A DNA stretch of 64,000 nt. Source: Bugula neritina. Taxonomy: Eukaryota; Animalia; Bryozoa. Shown here piece by piece: positions 42,493-55,313 of this stretch. The notes beneath the pieces are model-generated. The model saw only the letters and a list, made by a program, of their open reading frames with translations, made no database searches and was not told where the DNA came from. The stretch lies in assembly GCA_964035545.1 (NCBI GenBank), contig OZ037770.1, forward strand, positions 2,294,001 to 2,358,000, read 5' to 3'. The stretch's first letter is position 1. The number at the start of each line of letters is the position of its first letter. A program made the position numbers and the translations under genes.

Positions 42493-42598
42493 TACTGGAT
42501 GTGGATGCTTAACATCAAAGATGGCTTTTACTGGGCAGTGAACCCATGACTACTGGCTTACTAAACCAGATTTCTAAACCCTAGGCCACAGCTGCTCC
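42493..42598 (-). mobile_element. Diverged SINE 5' half
   Basis: Reverse complement has an A/B-box-like head (GTGGCCTAGGG..GGGTTCACT) and part of the GCATCC core. Confidence 0.5.
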
Positions 42599-44904
42599 TT
42601 GTAATGAAATTTATATCTATTTGTATTATATTTTAGACCATTGGAAATGAAGATCATTTCTTTTTAGTCTGTTTGCTAACCACTAATAGACTATCAAAAG
42701 AACTATGAAACTAGAGGAAAACAAAATAATGTTGTACAAATTTGAAGCTCAGAAAGTGTGGGTAGGTGTTAAATGCTATGAAAAACCTAAAATCTCCAGT
42801 ATCTACTTGAGCAGATGTCTAATCTGTAGTGAGCACCATTGTAGTACGTAATCTATTGTTTTGTGTTCACTAAGTTTAAATTCCGATTAACTATTCCAGA
42901 GGCTATCGCAAAATGCTGCTCTCTGATGTAATGCTGAAGAGGCAACCATGCATTAAAACCAGCTGAACATATGTAGGAATAGACACATATTTTCATGTGA
43001 TGTTAGTTGAACAATTATTCAGTGTAGGTTTTGAATTATTTGAGTTCAATGCTGTAAATGTATCATGTTATGTTTCATGTATTATTTTTAGTCACTTGTT
43101 AATTTTGCATCAAATAACTTTACAAAAATAGTAGTAAATTATTATAATGGTACGCAATATCGTTAAAATGCTACAGTAGCAAGTGGCAGAGACTCGGCAT
43201 GTATAGCTAATTTTGATATTGCTAGGTCTCTCTCTGCCTCCCCCCCCCTCTCTCTAGGCCTCCCCTATTTCTTTCTTCATCTTTCAATTGAGAGTAAAGC
43301 AGCTGTCTTGGTCACCAACTATTTCCCATTCTGTACACTTGGCCTAACCATCTCAGACTCTGCAAAACTTGTTGGTCATATTGCCAGAAACTTAAAAATC
43401 TGTTTCAATGTAGAAAGCAGACCTGGCAGCCATTGGTTCATTGTTTATAGTTTGATAAAGGGCTTCATAGCTTGTTGATAATTGTTTTGACCCTAAAGGT
43501 GGCTAATTCATATTTAATGTTGGCTGATCTTGTTTGTATTTTCCCAAAACTTCATAATTCATATTTGGTATTTTTGATTGTCATTTTAATGGTTAGTGTA
43601 TAATATTCTCATGTACTATTATTTCTTTTTAGTGTTGAAGGAAAGTTGCCCGATCCATCTTTCACCAGGAAAACTAAGAGCTCCGATATTTGAATTATAG
43701 CATAGAAGAGGTTAGCACAAGGGTTTTCTACACCAGTTCAGGTAAACTGGCTACATGATAATGGTGCAAGGTTTTAAACTTACTATCATTCCATTTTGAT
43801 TTTGCATTATGGGAATGGATGCTCATACATATGGACTTGTGCTTGTGGTTTGCATTTACTTATGGTTGGGGTCTCATCTTTCCAAACATATTTTAATGAA
43901 AAATCAATTTGGAAATGCAATGCTTGGTAACTTAGTGTATAACATCAATCATATTTAGTGAAAATACTTAGTTTTTTCACATCTGCTCCAGTTTAACAAT
44001 ATGCTGCTGTGATAGACTTTTTAGTACAGGTCTGAAATCACCTATATAACCCCATTGAAAATGTAAATTAGCATTTGGAAATGAATTATTCTTTTAATAA
44101 TGTGTCACAAGCAGCCAATTATATACATTATTTTCGCTTTCTGTAAGCGTTTTATTAGGTGTTGCATTTTTGGTGTTTTAGGATTTGAGATTGACTTCAA
44201 AACTCCAATTTGCAACATTTTAGGAATGTCATGTCTAAATATTTATTTGTTAGGTTTACCAGGAACGTACCAGATCATTTCTAGGGGTTATTTAGTGCAA
44301 TTCTGCATTTAGATCATGTAAACATCCACTCAAGTTAGTGCATTGACAAATTCACAATAGTGGTAAAAACCAGGTTCATATTACGTTGTCATTATGTTGC
44401 AGCAAGTAACCTCTGATGTAAATTTATGTTTACAACCTATCAATATGCTCTGACCTACAGTCTTTATTGCCATTCAAGGTGTTCCTCACTGCTGGTCAAC
44501 CCCATTAACCCCCAACTTACTGCCTACATAGAAGACTGTCTACTCTCCCTTCATTGTACATAGCTCATACAATAATTTGGATATTTGCTTTTGCAGATTC
44601 ATTACATAAAATACCAGCCATTGTGCTAAAAAGTAAAGTTTTGTTGTAGTCTCATCTACTAGTACTCATAGTTCTACCACAAGTGTTATGTTTTTTATGA
44701 AATTTTTGTTTTGAGGTTTTTCAGTTTCACTAATTACTGCTTTAATGGTCATTGTCAATCGATTTCTGGTATAGAAACAAGTTGTTTCAGAAAAGCTGTA
44801 CATATAAATTCTTAATTCCCCATGTTATTTTTATTATTGTAGATATCTTGGTCTGCCTCCCAGTTTGCTCCTGATAAGTGGTGAAGAAATCGGCTGATAT
44901 GTAG

Positions 44905-45035
44905 ATGCATTAGTGGAGAAATTGAGATAGACTAAGGTCTTTAATTTTCCTAATTATCGCAATAACATAACTTTTCTTGCTAAGTTTATAACCTGTATAA
45001 TACATGTTTTTCTCAATTTTCATATCACTTCACTT
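44905..45035. mobile_element. Small MITE family (also 59105-59260 and a half copy at 57700-57750)
   Basis: Terminus GCA(G/T)TAGTGGAGAAATTGAGATAG with an inverted counterpart ~130-150 bp away. Confidence 0.6.
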
Positions 45036-45170
45036 GCCTCAGGAAATGACACTAACTTTGAACCTAAGCATTCTAAGTGCTTGAATCTTTCACAGCAAAT
45101 AATTATTATACAAATTATTCTCAGTCACTGAATAAAGGATTTGTGAGATTCATGCTGATTGTCTTATTTA

Positions 45171-45312
45171 ATACTTCTCTATTGCTCTTATAAAAATTAC
45201 AGCTTTTAATTGTTGAAATATTTACAGTTAATAATTAAAGGGGTGAGCCCATCATCCGTTGTTTAGCCTCAGCATCATAACTCTATAGAGGCTGCTAATT
45301 CACTGAATACCA
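45171..45312. repeat. Arm of a long-range inverted repeat paired with 48727-48869
   Basis: ~140 bp near-identical reverse complement. Confidence 0.85.
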
Positions 45313-46014
45313 GGTTATTCTAGTTTATGTTTACATAACTGGTATGACCATATCTTAGTTTAATATATGCAGCTTGAATTTTTTAAAGTCGAAGAGCTAT
45401 AATAAAGTTCTAGCTAAGATTTTATAGTTCAAAGCATAATGAATATACTGATATTATAAACTGCTGGCTCAGCCACTTGCCCAGTTTACATGTTGGTAAC
45501 CCACTGCAGCATGAACTCTGACGCTAATGTGCTTTGACATTTTAGTTTATAAAACATTGATTTGTGATGTACATTTTGATGTGCACTTGCAGAAATTGAG
45601 GAGCTGTTGATAAAGGTTGATCAATGCTTGGCCAGCCATAATATAATTGCTGTATGAAGATATACTAGTTCTCCCAGTTATAGCATGTACATACTTACTA
45701 GTAATAAGTGAATTTCCAGACAACCTATTTAATGAAGCAACCGCAAATGATAATAGCAGCAACAAGTGTTGGTAATAAAATCTGAATAGGAATTGCACAT
45801 AGCTGTTAATTAGTTCACACAATGCTCTTATCACTTGAGTAACACAAACAAGTAGCCCATGCCAGCAACTGCTAGTAGGTTTCAGAACATAAATTTGCTA
45901 TAGTGGATGGCTTTGGAATGATGAAAGTCATGAATACTCGAAGTGCTACAGTGATCAGCTTACAATTATGAAAGTTTGCACATAATATGATATCTAATTC
46001 CTATTTTAATGATG

Positions 46015-46210
46015 AAATTCAAACTTGACATTCCTTGATATGTTTTCTCTAATATCTTTCTTTGTTTTTCGAAATTATGTTTATGCTCTTCACAATTTGG
46101 TCAAAACGTACACCATTTTTCAAGTTTCACTGCAATTATCTAAATTCTTCATATAGTGGTTCTAGTTACGCTCCTGTGACTAATTATAACGTTCCTAGTA
46201 CGTTTGCTGC
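46015..46210 (+). repeat. Interspersed repeat family Y fragment
   Basis: Inverted match to 18120-18320. Confidence 0.75.
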
Positions 46211-46654
46211 TCTGTGCGCTATCACAATAACATATAGTACCCTCTCGCACAAATTGGCAATATATTGGATATCTGCCAATGTAATGTACCCTATTTTACA
46301 TTAGCAGTTAGTTGCATCTTCTCACCATGTTACAATCTGTTGAAAATGCCTCAGCAAAACATAGTTCTTCGTTTGTTTGGCAGAGTTAATTTCAGCTAAA
46401 TCACCTCACTTCACTTTGCAGTCTTGTCAGTAAAGGTCTGTCTATAGTGCAGCAGGTGCACTTTCAGTTTCTCTAACTCACATATAATTCATTTATGTAC
46501 ATTGTATTCCATAAAATCAATTTAAGGTTTAGCCCATGCAGTGTTCAGTAACTAATTAGTATGCATGTATGTTGTCCTCCTGTTGAATAATAATATTTCA
46601 AAATAGCCATATTTATTATGCATGAGTAGGATTTGCATAAGTTGACAAAAAAAT

Positions 46655-46730
46655 TTGCCACAGAGTAGGGTTGAACCACCACCAACAAACACATCACTGG
46701 CGCCTTTAACCTCTGGACCACACAGCCATC
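46655..46730 (-). mobile_element. tRNA-like SINE head (second family) or tRNA pseudogene
   Basis: Minus strand GGCTGTGTGGTCCAGAGGTTAAAGGCGCC...GGTGGTTCAACCC: A and B boxes, no clean cloverleaf. Confidence 0.45.
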
Positions 46731-48671
46731 ATGAATAGTATGAGCACTATATTAGAAACTATCATTACATAAATATTTGGAGCCTCAAAATATGGGTTTT
46801 AATTATTAGGCTGTCAATTAATGTTGACTATAGCAGTGGCTAGCTATTTTCATAAACTGTTGCAATAGTCTCGGGTTACTAGCAAAGCTAATGGTTTTGA
46901 ACAAATAACCCAAAAGTTAAAAAATAAGTATAGCTTGCATATTACTAGCTACAAAAACAGGTCTGAAATAGACTGGTAAAGCATGCTCTTGCCTATTATT
47001 GTAGAGTTTGCAGATGTGCTCCAAAATAAAACTTGAACTGTATGTTATTACATAAGTATTTGTATGCAAAAGAGTGATGGACAAAACTGAGTTTTTGGAA
47101 AACAACATACTTGAAGTAAACTTTGACAATGGTGTGTTTTTTCTTCATAGACTAGCACAGTTATAGGGCCTATAGCATAACTCTCTAATCATATGAATGT
47201 TTATGAAGCCCACAGCTCCTGTAAGGGTGGCATTGTAATTTGAAACTAAAAATTATGTTGCTGCATTGTGTTTAAGGTATATTATGGAGCAAAATTTGGT
47301 GTTGGTAGCCTACCCCAACTGGCAGTTGTATATAATAAGTACTGATAATAGCAAGGTTAGTATGACCACGTGCTGGCTCTCTGCAGTGTGTATATAACTA
47401 ACCTCTTGAATAATTGCGCCAATTTTAAACTCTTGGAAGTTGGCCAAGTTAACAGATCACAGCCAGCCACAGGAGACAAAGCATTACAGCTAGCCATATA
47501 TTATATACTGATGCACTTGGTAGCAGAGTGGCTAATCTAATATAGTTCATATTTCAACACCCTTTACTTTGGGAATACAGCCTCTTTTTTTAGGTTTACC
47601 TAACAAACTATGAAAATATTTAAACTAATATTCTGATAATTTAGAGGTACATTTTAAAAACTAGGTTAATTGCACTTGTTTGCGCAACAACAATAATAAA
47701 ATATATATTATGCGCAATATGATAAAAAACACATGATACTATATTATAATATATTATAATGATAATAATATATTATTATAGGTACCATTACTGTATTTAA
47801 TAACTCTGATGGTTGCCAAAAAAATGTATCACACCAATTCTGTAATTACATCAAAGATTATGATAAGAAAATAGAACTAGCTAGGCAGCAGGTTGGAATA
47901 TAGAGTATCAGTGGAACATTGTTCATATAGAACGTAAAGCACCTGGCAAACAGCCAGAAACTGAAAAGCACGACCTCAAACTAACTGTGAATTAAATTGA
48001 TCAACATAAGCTTTGAGCTAGAATGCTGTTAAAATTCATATACAAACTGCAATAAAAAGGATTGAATGGCCAGTTGAGATAATTTCATGCTTTGAATATA
48101 TATTATATTCTAATTGTCACCATTTAGGTGCATGCAGTAACTATATAAATAATAAAACTGAGCTTGCCTAATAAGTTCTAGTTTACGTTGCTCATATAAA
48201 TTCTTGTGAAAACATAAACTCTTTTGCTACGTTTCAACATGAACATAATATGTTCATGTATATGTTCTAGTATATTATACTAGAACACTAGAATACTCGA
48301 ACATGCTTTATCTGTTAACTTTGAAATTGCAGTAACCATCAGTCAAAAAATGCATCTATAGCAGTTCAAGGAAAAAAGTTTTAAAAATAATAAATCATGC
48401 TTATATTGTATTAGATTATTTATTAATATATTATATATATGTATATAGACGTGTGTGTGCGCGTGTATCTATAAGGACCTATAACAATAATAAACATATA
48501 GAAAACACAAAGCCAAAATTGTCTTCTTTCAATGATATATTTTTAATGATGCTGAGGAAGAAGTTGATAATGCAACTCCTAAAAGCATATGTTGCTCAAT
48601 GTTTTTTTTTGTATCTGCCAATACTTGTATGTGGTTGCCAACATGTATTTTAAGTTAAATCTTTGCAAATG

Positions 48672-48869
48672 TTGTTTAGCCTCAGCATATTACAACTCTA
48701 TTATAGGGGCAGCTAATTCTCTAAATGGTATTTAGTGAATTAGCAGCCTTTATAGAGTTGTGATGCTGAGGCTAAACAACAGATGGTGGGCTCGCCCCTT
48801 TAATTATTAACTGTAAATATTTCAACAATTGAATAAGCTGTAATTTTTATAAGAGCAATAGAGAAGTAT
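48672..48869. repeat. Local ~110-bp palindrome overlapping the arm paired with 45171-45312
   Basis: GTTGTTTAGCCTCAGCAT...ATGCTGAGGCTAAACAAC. Confidence 0.85.
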
Positions 48870-50312
48870 AATATATGCTTGCTCATGTTTATGTTCACGC
48901 ATGCGTGTGGATGTCTGTGCAAGAACACAACATGGCACATACTGAGATCGATATGTGCCATGAATTGTGTTAGTTTATATGCATGGCGTATGGCATGGCG
49001 ACATAGTCACAAGAGTTTGTTATGCAAGTGCAGGCTAAAAAATAATATTCTATATAATAAAAAAGTGTTATAAGTTATTTTATTGCAAATAAATGGTATG
49101 TGATAATAAATTGCATAGCATAGCAAAAAATGCTGCACATGTATAGTTACCACTAATCAAAAATATTAAATTATATTCATATATTTTAAATAGCATGCAT
49201 GAATGCAAGATTTTAACTCAAATGTGAAACAAATTTTACTATAGTGTTGTATTTCAATGGGTTACAGATATTTACTAAAATGTCAAAAATTATAGGTCGA
49301 CTCAATTTTCATCTGTGCCATTTGCTCATTTTCTAAATTCTACGTAATAATTTATATGTGCATCTATAGGTGTGAAATAGAATGGTTACATGTGCCTGTA
49401 CAACTGGTAAAAGTATAGTAAAACAAGAAAAGAATTAATGTTTACAAGCAAATAAATTACTATTGAAATTCAATTTTGGGCATTATAAAGCTTTCCATAT
49501 GCAATATTGTTTTACATTTATTCATATGCCAAAAATTATTTATATATATATATTTCTTAAAATTATATTTTCTCTCATCAGCTTGAAAATTGTTTTTTTA
49601 TATAAAAGAGTTTGAGAGTTTATATTAATAAACCAAAAACTGTTATAACATTTTAATTTTTTACAAGAGTGTATGAATTATGGTGGCATTCAGTCTGCAA
49701 AACTATTATTTAATGAGAAGACAATTATGTTTTAATCATGCAGATAGATTCAAGGAGTTATAAACATATATGAATTGAAATAGAGTGAGAAGACAATTAT
49801 GCTTCAAGTAAAACTATAAGACCAAGTTCCTATCCAATAGATACAGTGATATGAGCCTTTCTCTAGAACAAAGTCTAAAAGGAGTGGATTTATATCAAAA
49901 AGTCAGACCTGCATCTATTAAGATTTTTCATTCAAAAGTGATAAATTTTGTTAATTTTTATTCATAACTCATAGCTTTTGAAATATTTTGGAAGAAAATA
50001 TTTTTTCAAAATACAGTTACTGCTAAGAATATCTGTATTGATATCACCCCTAACTTTATCCACCACTTGTTCTAATTGCTATAATCATCACCTAGCCAAT
50101 GAAATTAAACTGGCTGTAGCTACAGCCAATCAATTACTCATAACGATTGCGCCTCGTTAGGCGAACATTGATGACCATTTCTATATAACTCAATACAAAG
50201 CCCATTACCACTGATTGACCCGAAGTTCTCTACGACTTCTATAGTGGTATAGGATAATAGATATACTGGAGATGAAATAATAAGGGAATTTTTGACCATT
50301 TGGCACTCCATA

Positions 50313-50359
<47 letters not shown>

Positions 50360-51651
50360 AAAATATAAATCCAAACATGCATTTTTGAGATGAAGTCATT
50401 ACAACTTGCAAAGACATGTCATATCAAAATTCAAATGCTGCTGTCATCTGTTTATGCCAATTTATTTATAATGTTTTATATGCTTTTTATTGTTAACTTT
50501 TAGTAAAAAGGTTTTAGCTTGAAAAAATATAGGTAAACGGAGTTCTAAATTTTTATGGGATGAATAGCACTATTTCAACTTGCCCCTATATACTGGATCT
50601 CATTAGGCCAAAAAACTTGCAGGCAAAAAATGGCTCTCTCTTCAAGAGGACAAAAATTCTAATGGAATTAGTTTTAATGGACAAAGACAGCAACATGTGA
50701 CTAAATGTCATGGTGCTGACTCCCAGACTGCTAATAACTTTCTTCAAAACATAATATGCTTAAAAATGCTATTCTTTTAAATAACTCCCACCCTCCTTTA
50801 TAATAATGCAACATAATATAATATGTAACTAAATATGTGGAAGTGTTTATGCTATGTTTGCTTTATAGATTCAGAGACCGGTCGAAGAGTTTAAGATAGT
50901 TTATTGCTCAAGATATTAAAGGTTCACCCTGGATAGATCTAAAAGCACAAACTGACTATTATTAATAACACGAATAACATAGTGTAAATTATAAACCTTT
51001 ACAAACAAAGACAAAGCTTATTCAGCATATATCATCAACAGCTAGGAAGAATATATATATATATATATGATAATATACCATATTAGATGATATATCATAT
51101 AATTTAACAGAAAAACTTACCTCAGATGCCATAGCTTATTGGAAGTAGGCGTGACTTCAGAGCTGATGCTTGTCATTCAGTGCCGGCCAAACTATAGATA
51201 TGAATTGGTTACTATAATATTCAGTTAACCATGTTGACCAAACTTTTACATCATGGTGTGCAAACATAATAAAAATTTGTTTGTTTTAAATACAGCTAAC
51301 TTACCAGCTTGGTGGTTTCACCAGATTATTAAATAAATAAAGAAAGGAGACATTATAATTAAACATTGACTCTTAAACCGATTCCCTGGTACAGAGATCA
51401 ATAAAATAGAGGAAAATTCAAATGATATCACTATTCTATGGCAATTATAATACATAATATCAGAAGAAATGATATTATAATTCAGATTATCTAGTGACAT
51501 ACTTGAGATTATTGGCTACTGACTGCACGTTGGGTGCTTCATATTTTGTTGAATAAAAATTGATTTGATCTTTTGGATAAATTATTATGAAAATAAATTT
51601 GTCTTTTTTAAAATAAGTCATTTATTATAGTCCAGTTAGACACGAGTTTAA

Positions 51652-52089
51652 CTCCTCATTCACACTTATACCGTACCGTAGGCTGTAACATGAAATATCA
51701 GCCATTTTTAATGTGTCCCGGCTAAAGTTTTCAAGGTCCCCTATTAGGTAGGATCTATGGCACTTCATTGGACAATTATATCCAATAAAGTAATGCAACA
51801 TTTTTTTTGTCCAATAGGAGTCTGCCACAACATTTTTGAATGAAGTAGTGCTTCATCCTAACGTACCGCAACACCGTACAGGAAGGTCAGACATTTGTAA
51901 AAATGGCCGATATTTGCTGTTACTCCTATTGGCCATAAAAAATTTTACGTTACTTTATTGGATATAATTGTCCAATGAAGTGTCATAGATTGTATGTAAT
52001 AGCTGACTTTGAAAGCTTCAGCTCGGACACATTAAAAATGGGTGATATTTGCTGTTACGGCCTACGATACGGTAAGTGTGAATGAGGGG
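51652..52089. mobile_element. Palindromic MITE, Harbinger-like, TAA TSD
   Basis: TAA-[CTCCTCATTCACACTTA...TAAGTGTGAATGAGGGG]-TAA; the arms pair over ~150 bp. Confidence 0.8.
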
Positions 52090-53199
52090 TAACAGAACAG
52101 CTTATCCTATATTATAGGTGCTATGATTTGTCGGAGGAGGGTTTGAATTGAAAGCTAATGTTTGTCATCCAGCGTTGGCCCAAGTAAACATGGCTATGTA
52201 TTGGTTTAATATTGTGAGACTATTTTATTTCAATATATTTCCATCAAGTTGAGATAACAGCTGCAGCGAGCTTACCAAACTGCACTTAGATACACCTACA
52301 GTCAAGTATTATAGTTGTAAAAATGTTTACAAACGAAAGAAATAGATAAGATCAAAATTTATTCTGCTAAAACAGCTGCCATTACACACATTGTGAGTAT
52401 GCACATATTAGAATAAGTCTATTACAATTTACACATACCTTTAAAATTTGTGTTCTTTCTATGAGAGGCCGTGAAATATGACATGCTCTTTTCTATGCTG
52501 AAGAATAAACAAAACTGGAAATATAGCTGTTATATTCATTTAGATAGGAGGGAGGTGGTGGTAGTAATGGTTGTTGTGGTGGCGGCTGTGGTAGCGGCAG
52601 TGGCAGCGAAGTGGTAATGGTAAAAGAAAATATTTTACATTGCAACTAATAATTATGAGATGATGGTAAAAAAGAAATGAAAAAAAAGTTTTATTAGATT
52701 TAGGTGTGTTCTAAATACCACCCAATGAATTAAACTTGTTAAATAATAGTTATATTGTGATGGTCCTGGGACATGCTATGTTACCCCTTTCTGTAGAACC
52801 ACGTCCATACTAAGTATTAATGTAATATGGTTATAAATGTATCCTATGGCATTCTTTCGTTCCTCATGAGCTACTCTGCAATAAATTAATACCACACTCT
52901 TTGGGGAACCTTGCAGCCGCCCAGATTCACTTGGCTCTTGGACTTACTACTAAGCTCACTAGTGTACCAATCTCTATCTTGTATTACTTTCTACCTTGAT
53001 GTAGTTTCACTTTTACAGTTTAGCACTAAAATTATAATCGTTTAACTACAACAATCGTTCGGTTCTCTCTCAGACTTATATATAGAGTTATGTTCTAGCG
53101 TTGCAGACACAAACTGTAGTATGCCCGCAAAACTACAATAAAAATTCACATTCCTCTATTATTATTGTTCGCTGCAGACACAGATCAAAGTCCAACGCC

Positions 53200-53369
53200 A
53201 ATTTCAGCAGACCAACCAATCAAAACCGATCATGTTGTTTACGCATGATTATACATGTGCTTGGAGTCACGCTCAAGTACAATGAATGAGTGCTTAGTTG
53301 CGGCTTCTTGCATTCAGTCATTATCATAGAGATAAACCTATTACTCCTCTTTGCCCAGTGAGAGTGAGT
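53200..53369 (+). promoter_or_regulatory. Putative core promoter and first non-coding exon of glutamate synthase
   Basis: Local CpG enrichment, CCAAT at 53216-20, initiator-like TCAGTC at 53314-19, donor GTGAGT at 53364-69. The ATG exon begins at an acceptor (55262), so an upstream UTR exon is expected. Inference only. Confidence 0.45.
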
Positions 53370-55313
53370 GTTGTTGAAGCTCATAAATTTCTATTAATAC
53401 AAACATCTGATATTTTGAAATTTAGCTGCAGCAATTTATCATTGAGTCTCGAATGTCGCAATTTCTTCTACTTCTAGTAGCCGTTTAAGCTTTTTCAACT
53501 TGCAACTCAAACTGAAATTGAACCCGTTAGACCTAGTCACTAAGTTGATGTTACTGTTACTGTTAGAATGTTACTGTTAGTGTTATTGTGGGTGTTGCAA
53601 ATACCAACAGTTTTCATATTTATATTGTAATTGTTTATTATTAATATAACCATATTCAATTGAATGTGAAGCCCAATTGCAAATTGTTCGCTCTCAGAGT
53701 GAGAGTCAGACTCTCAGTTTGATTTTAATTTTCATTCTGACTTTTATTTTGTAATTAATTAATACTATTAGAAGTAGTAATAATAATACTAATAGTAATT
53801 CATTTGATTTTTTTATAATCATGACCTGGTAATGATAATGAACATGATAAATTATTAAAATGATAATTATTGTTATGAGATCGTAATCACTAGAAACCAT
53901 GTAATGTTATCATTATAACAATCACAATGATGAATGAATACAATCAATAAAATATTTATGCTTACTATAACTATACTATTAGTGTAACTTAGAGTATAAG
54001 TGCTACTCTAACTATTAGTATTAACAAACAATACTCACATTGATATATTATTGCTTATATAGTTATAAGTTATAGTTACACCTACAGTAACAGTTATAGT
54101 GATAGTATTATTAAATTCACCACCATCACATTGATGATTGATGACTAATACTCTCTGATTATTATTATCATTGTGATTAGGTTTAAAAACTAGTATCACT
54201 TAATTTTATGTCAAATGGTGATAGTTATAATCTTAGTAGTTAGTAATGATATCGGCGATACCAATGATACTGATTTTAGTAATACCGATGCAATCACTAG
54301 TCATTTTATAGTAATAGTACTACAGTAAATGTAATAATAATATTAATACTAATAATAATAGTCCAAGTTGCAGATTTAAAGTTACTCTAGTAGTAGTTAA
54401 TGTTGTTAGTAAATTTGAATATCTGATACTAAGTAACACAAAATGTAAGATTTAAGTGCTATTAAATGTGACTCTAGGTCTATTGGTTGCATTGTAGTCT
54501 ATTTGCATTATGTTGGCCGGTAAAGTTAACAAATAAACATAAGGTAATGGGATCTAATTATTCATTTATAATATGAATTAATAAGCTTGTTTGTCTACAC
54601 CTATTCACTAATATTAAATTTTGTGTAGGTAGCTCAACTAAAACTAATGTGAAAAATTTGTGTAATAGTCAAATTTAAATATCAACATTTAACTCATGTA
54701 CCTTTACCTCAAAACAGATTTTTCGCTGATTTATGTTTCATATATCAATGTGCATCAGTATGATAGTTCTCTTTGATTTGGATTATGATGGTTGTGATGC
54801 CTTAGTTCACTCATCACTAGCGATGTACTGATTAACTCATCACTAGGACACAATTTGGCTCAGTCAAAGTGAAAAACAGTACATTACTCACTCCCAGTCA
54901 GTGAATGAGCATTGCATAAATTTCATTGCACCTGTACCCAGTTTTGTTAGGAAAGTGGTATTCTGCTTGTAATATTTTTTAAAATTTTAATGATTGTCAC
55001 CCTTGACATTGACGTTTAAATTGAACTATGTGAAATTTTGTGATATTGTTTTAAAGTACTGCTTGCATAAAGTTACTTTTTTCCTATCACAGCTTAGTAG
55101 ATAGCTTGGATATTTCACTCAACAGTCAACGTAATATTAAAATACTGCTAAACTAGCATTTATCAAATTGATATTCACATACTGAGGTGTTCACTTGGCT
55201 CATTCAATCATCTCTCACCAACTTATGAATCTGTTGTGAGATTCCTCCATATCTGTTGTAGGCTCTTTTGAAGAATTTTTGTATCGTCTATCAGAGCTTG
55301 ATGCAGTTTAAAG

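Larger units (their letters stand above)
39522..43880 (+). pseudogene. Decayed multi-exon gene with CxxC clusters; possibly a CxC5/KDZ-type transposase
   Basis: AG/GT-bounded exon-like blocks: 39522-39668 (stops), 39763-39839 (IVTNLLDQAENISDELKKAASEQL), 40272-40431 (DVQQLLELLEQYARQPQRAPMY..), 40578-40679 (LLPSTCQLCNNTMVKKFVAYTLKVISIING), 40945-41002 (..PYCELCSW after a frameshift); weaker blocks at ~42638, 42900 and 43633, and GNGCSYIWTCACG near 43810. Phases are partly inconsistent. Confidence 0.45.
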
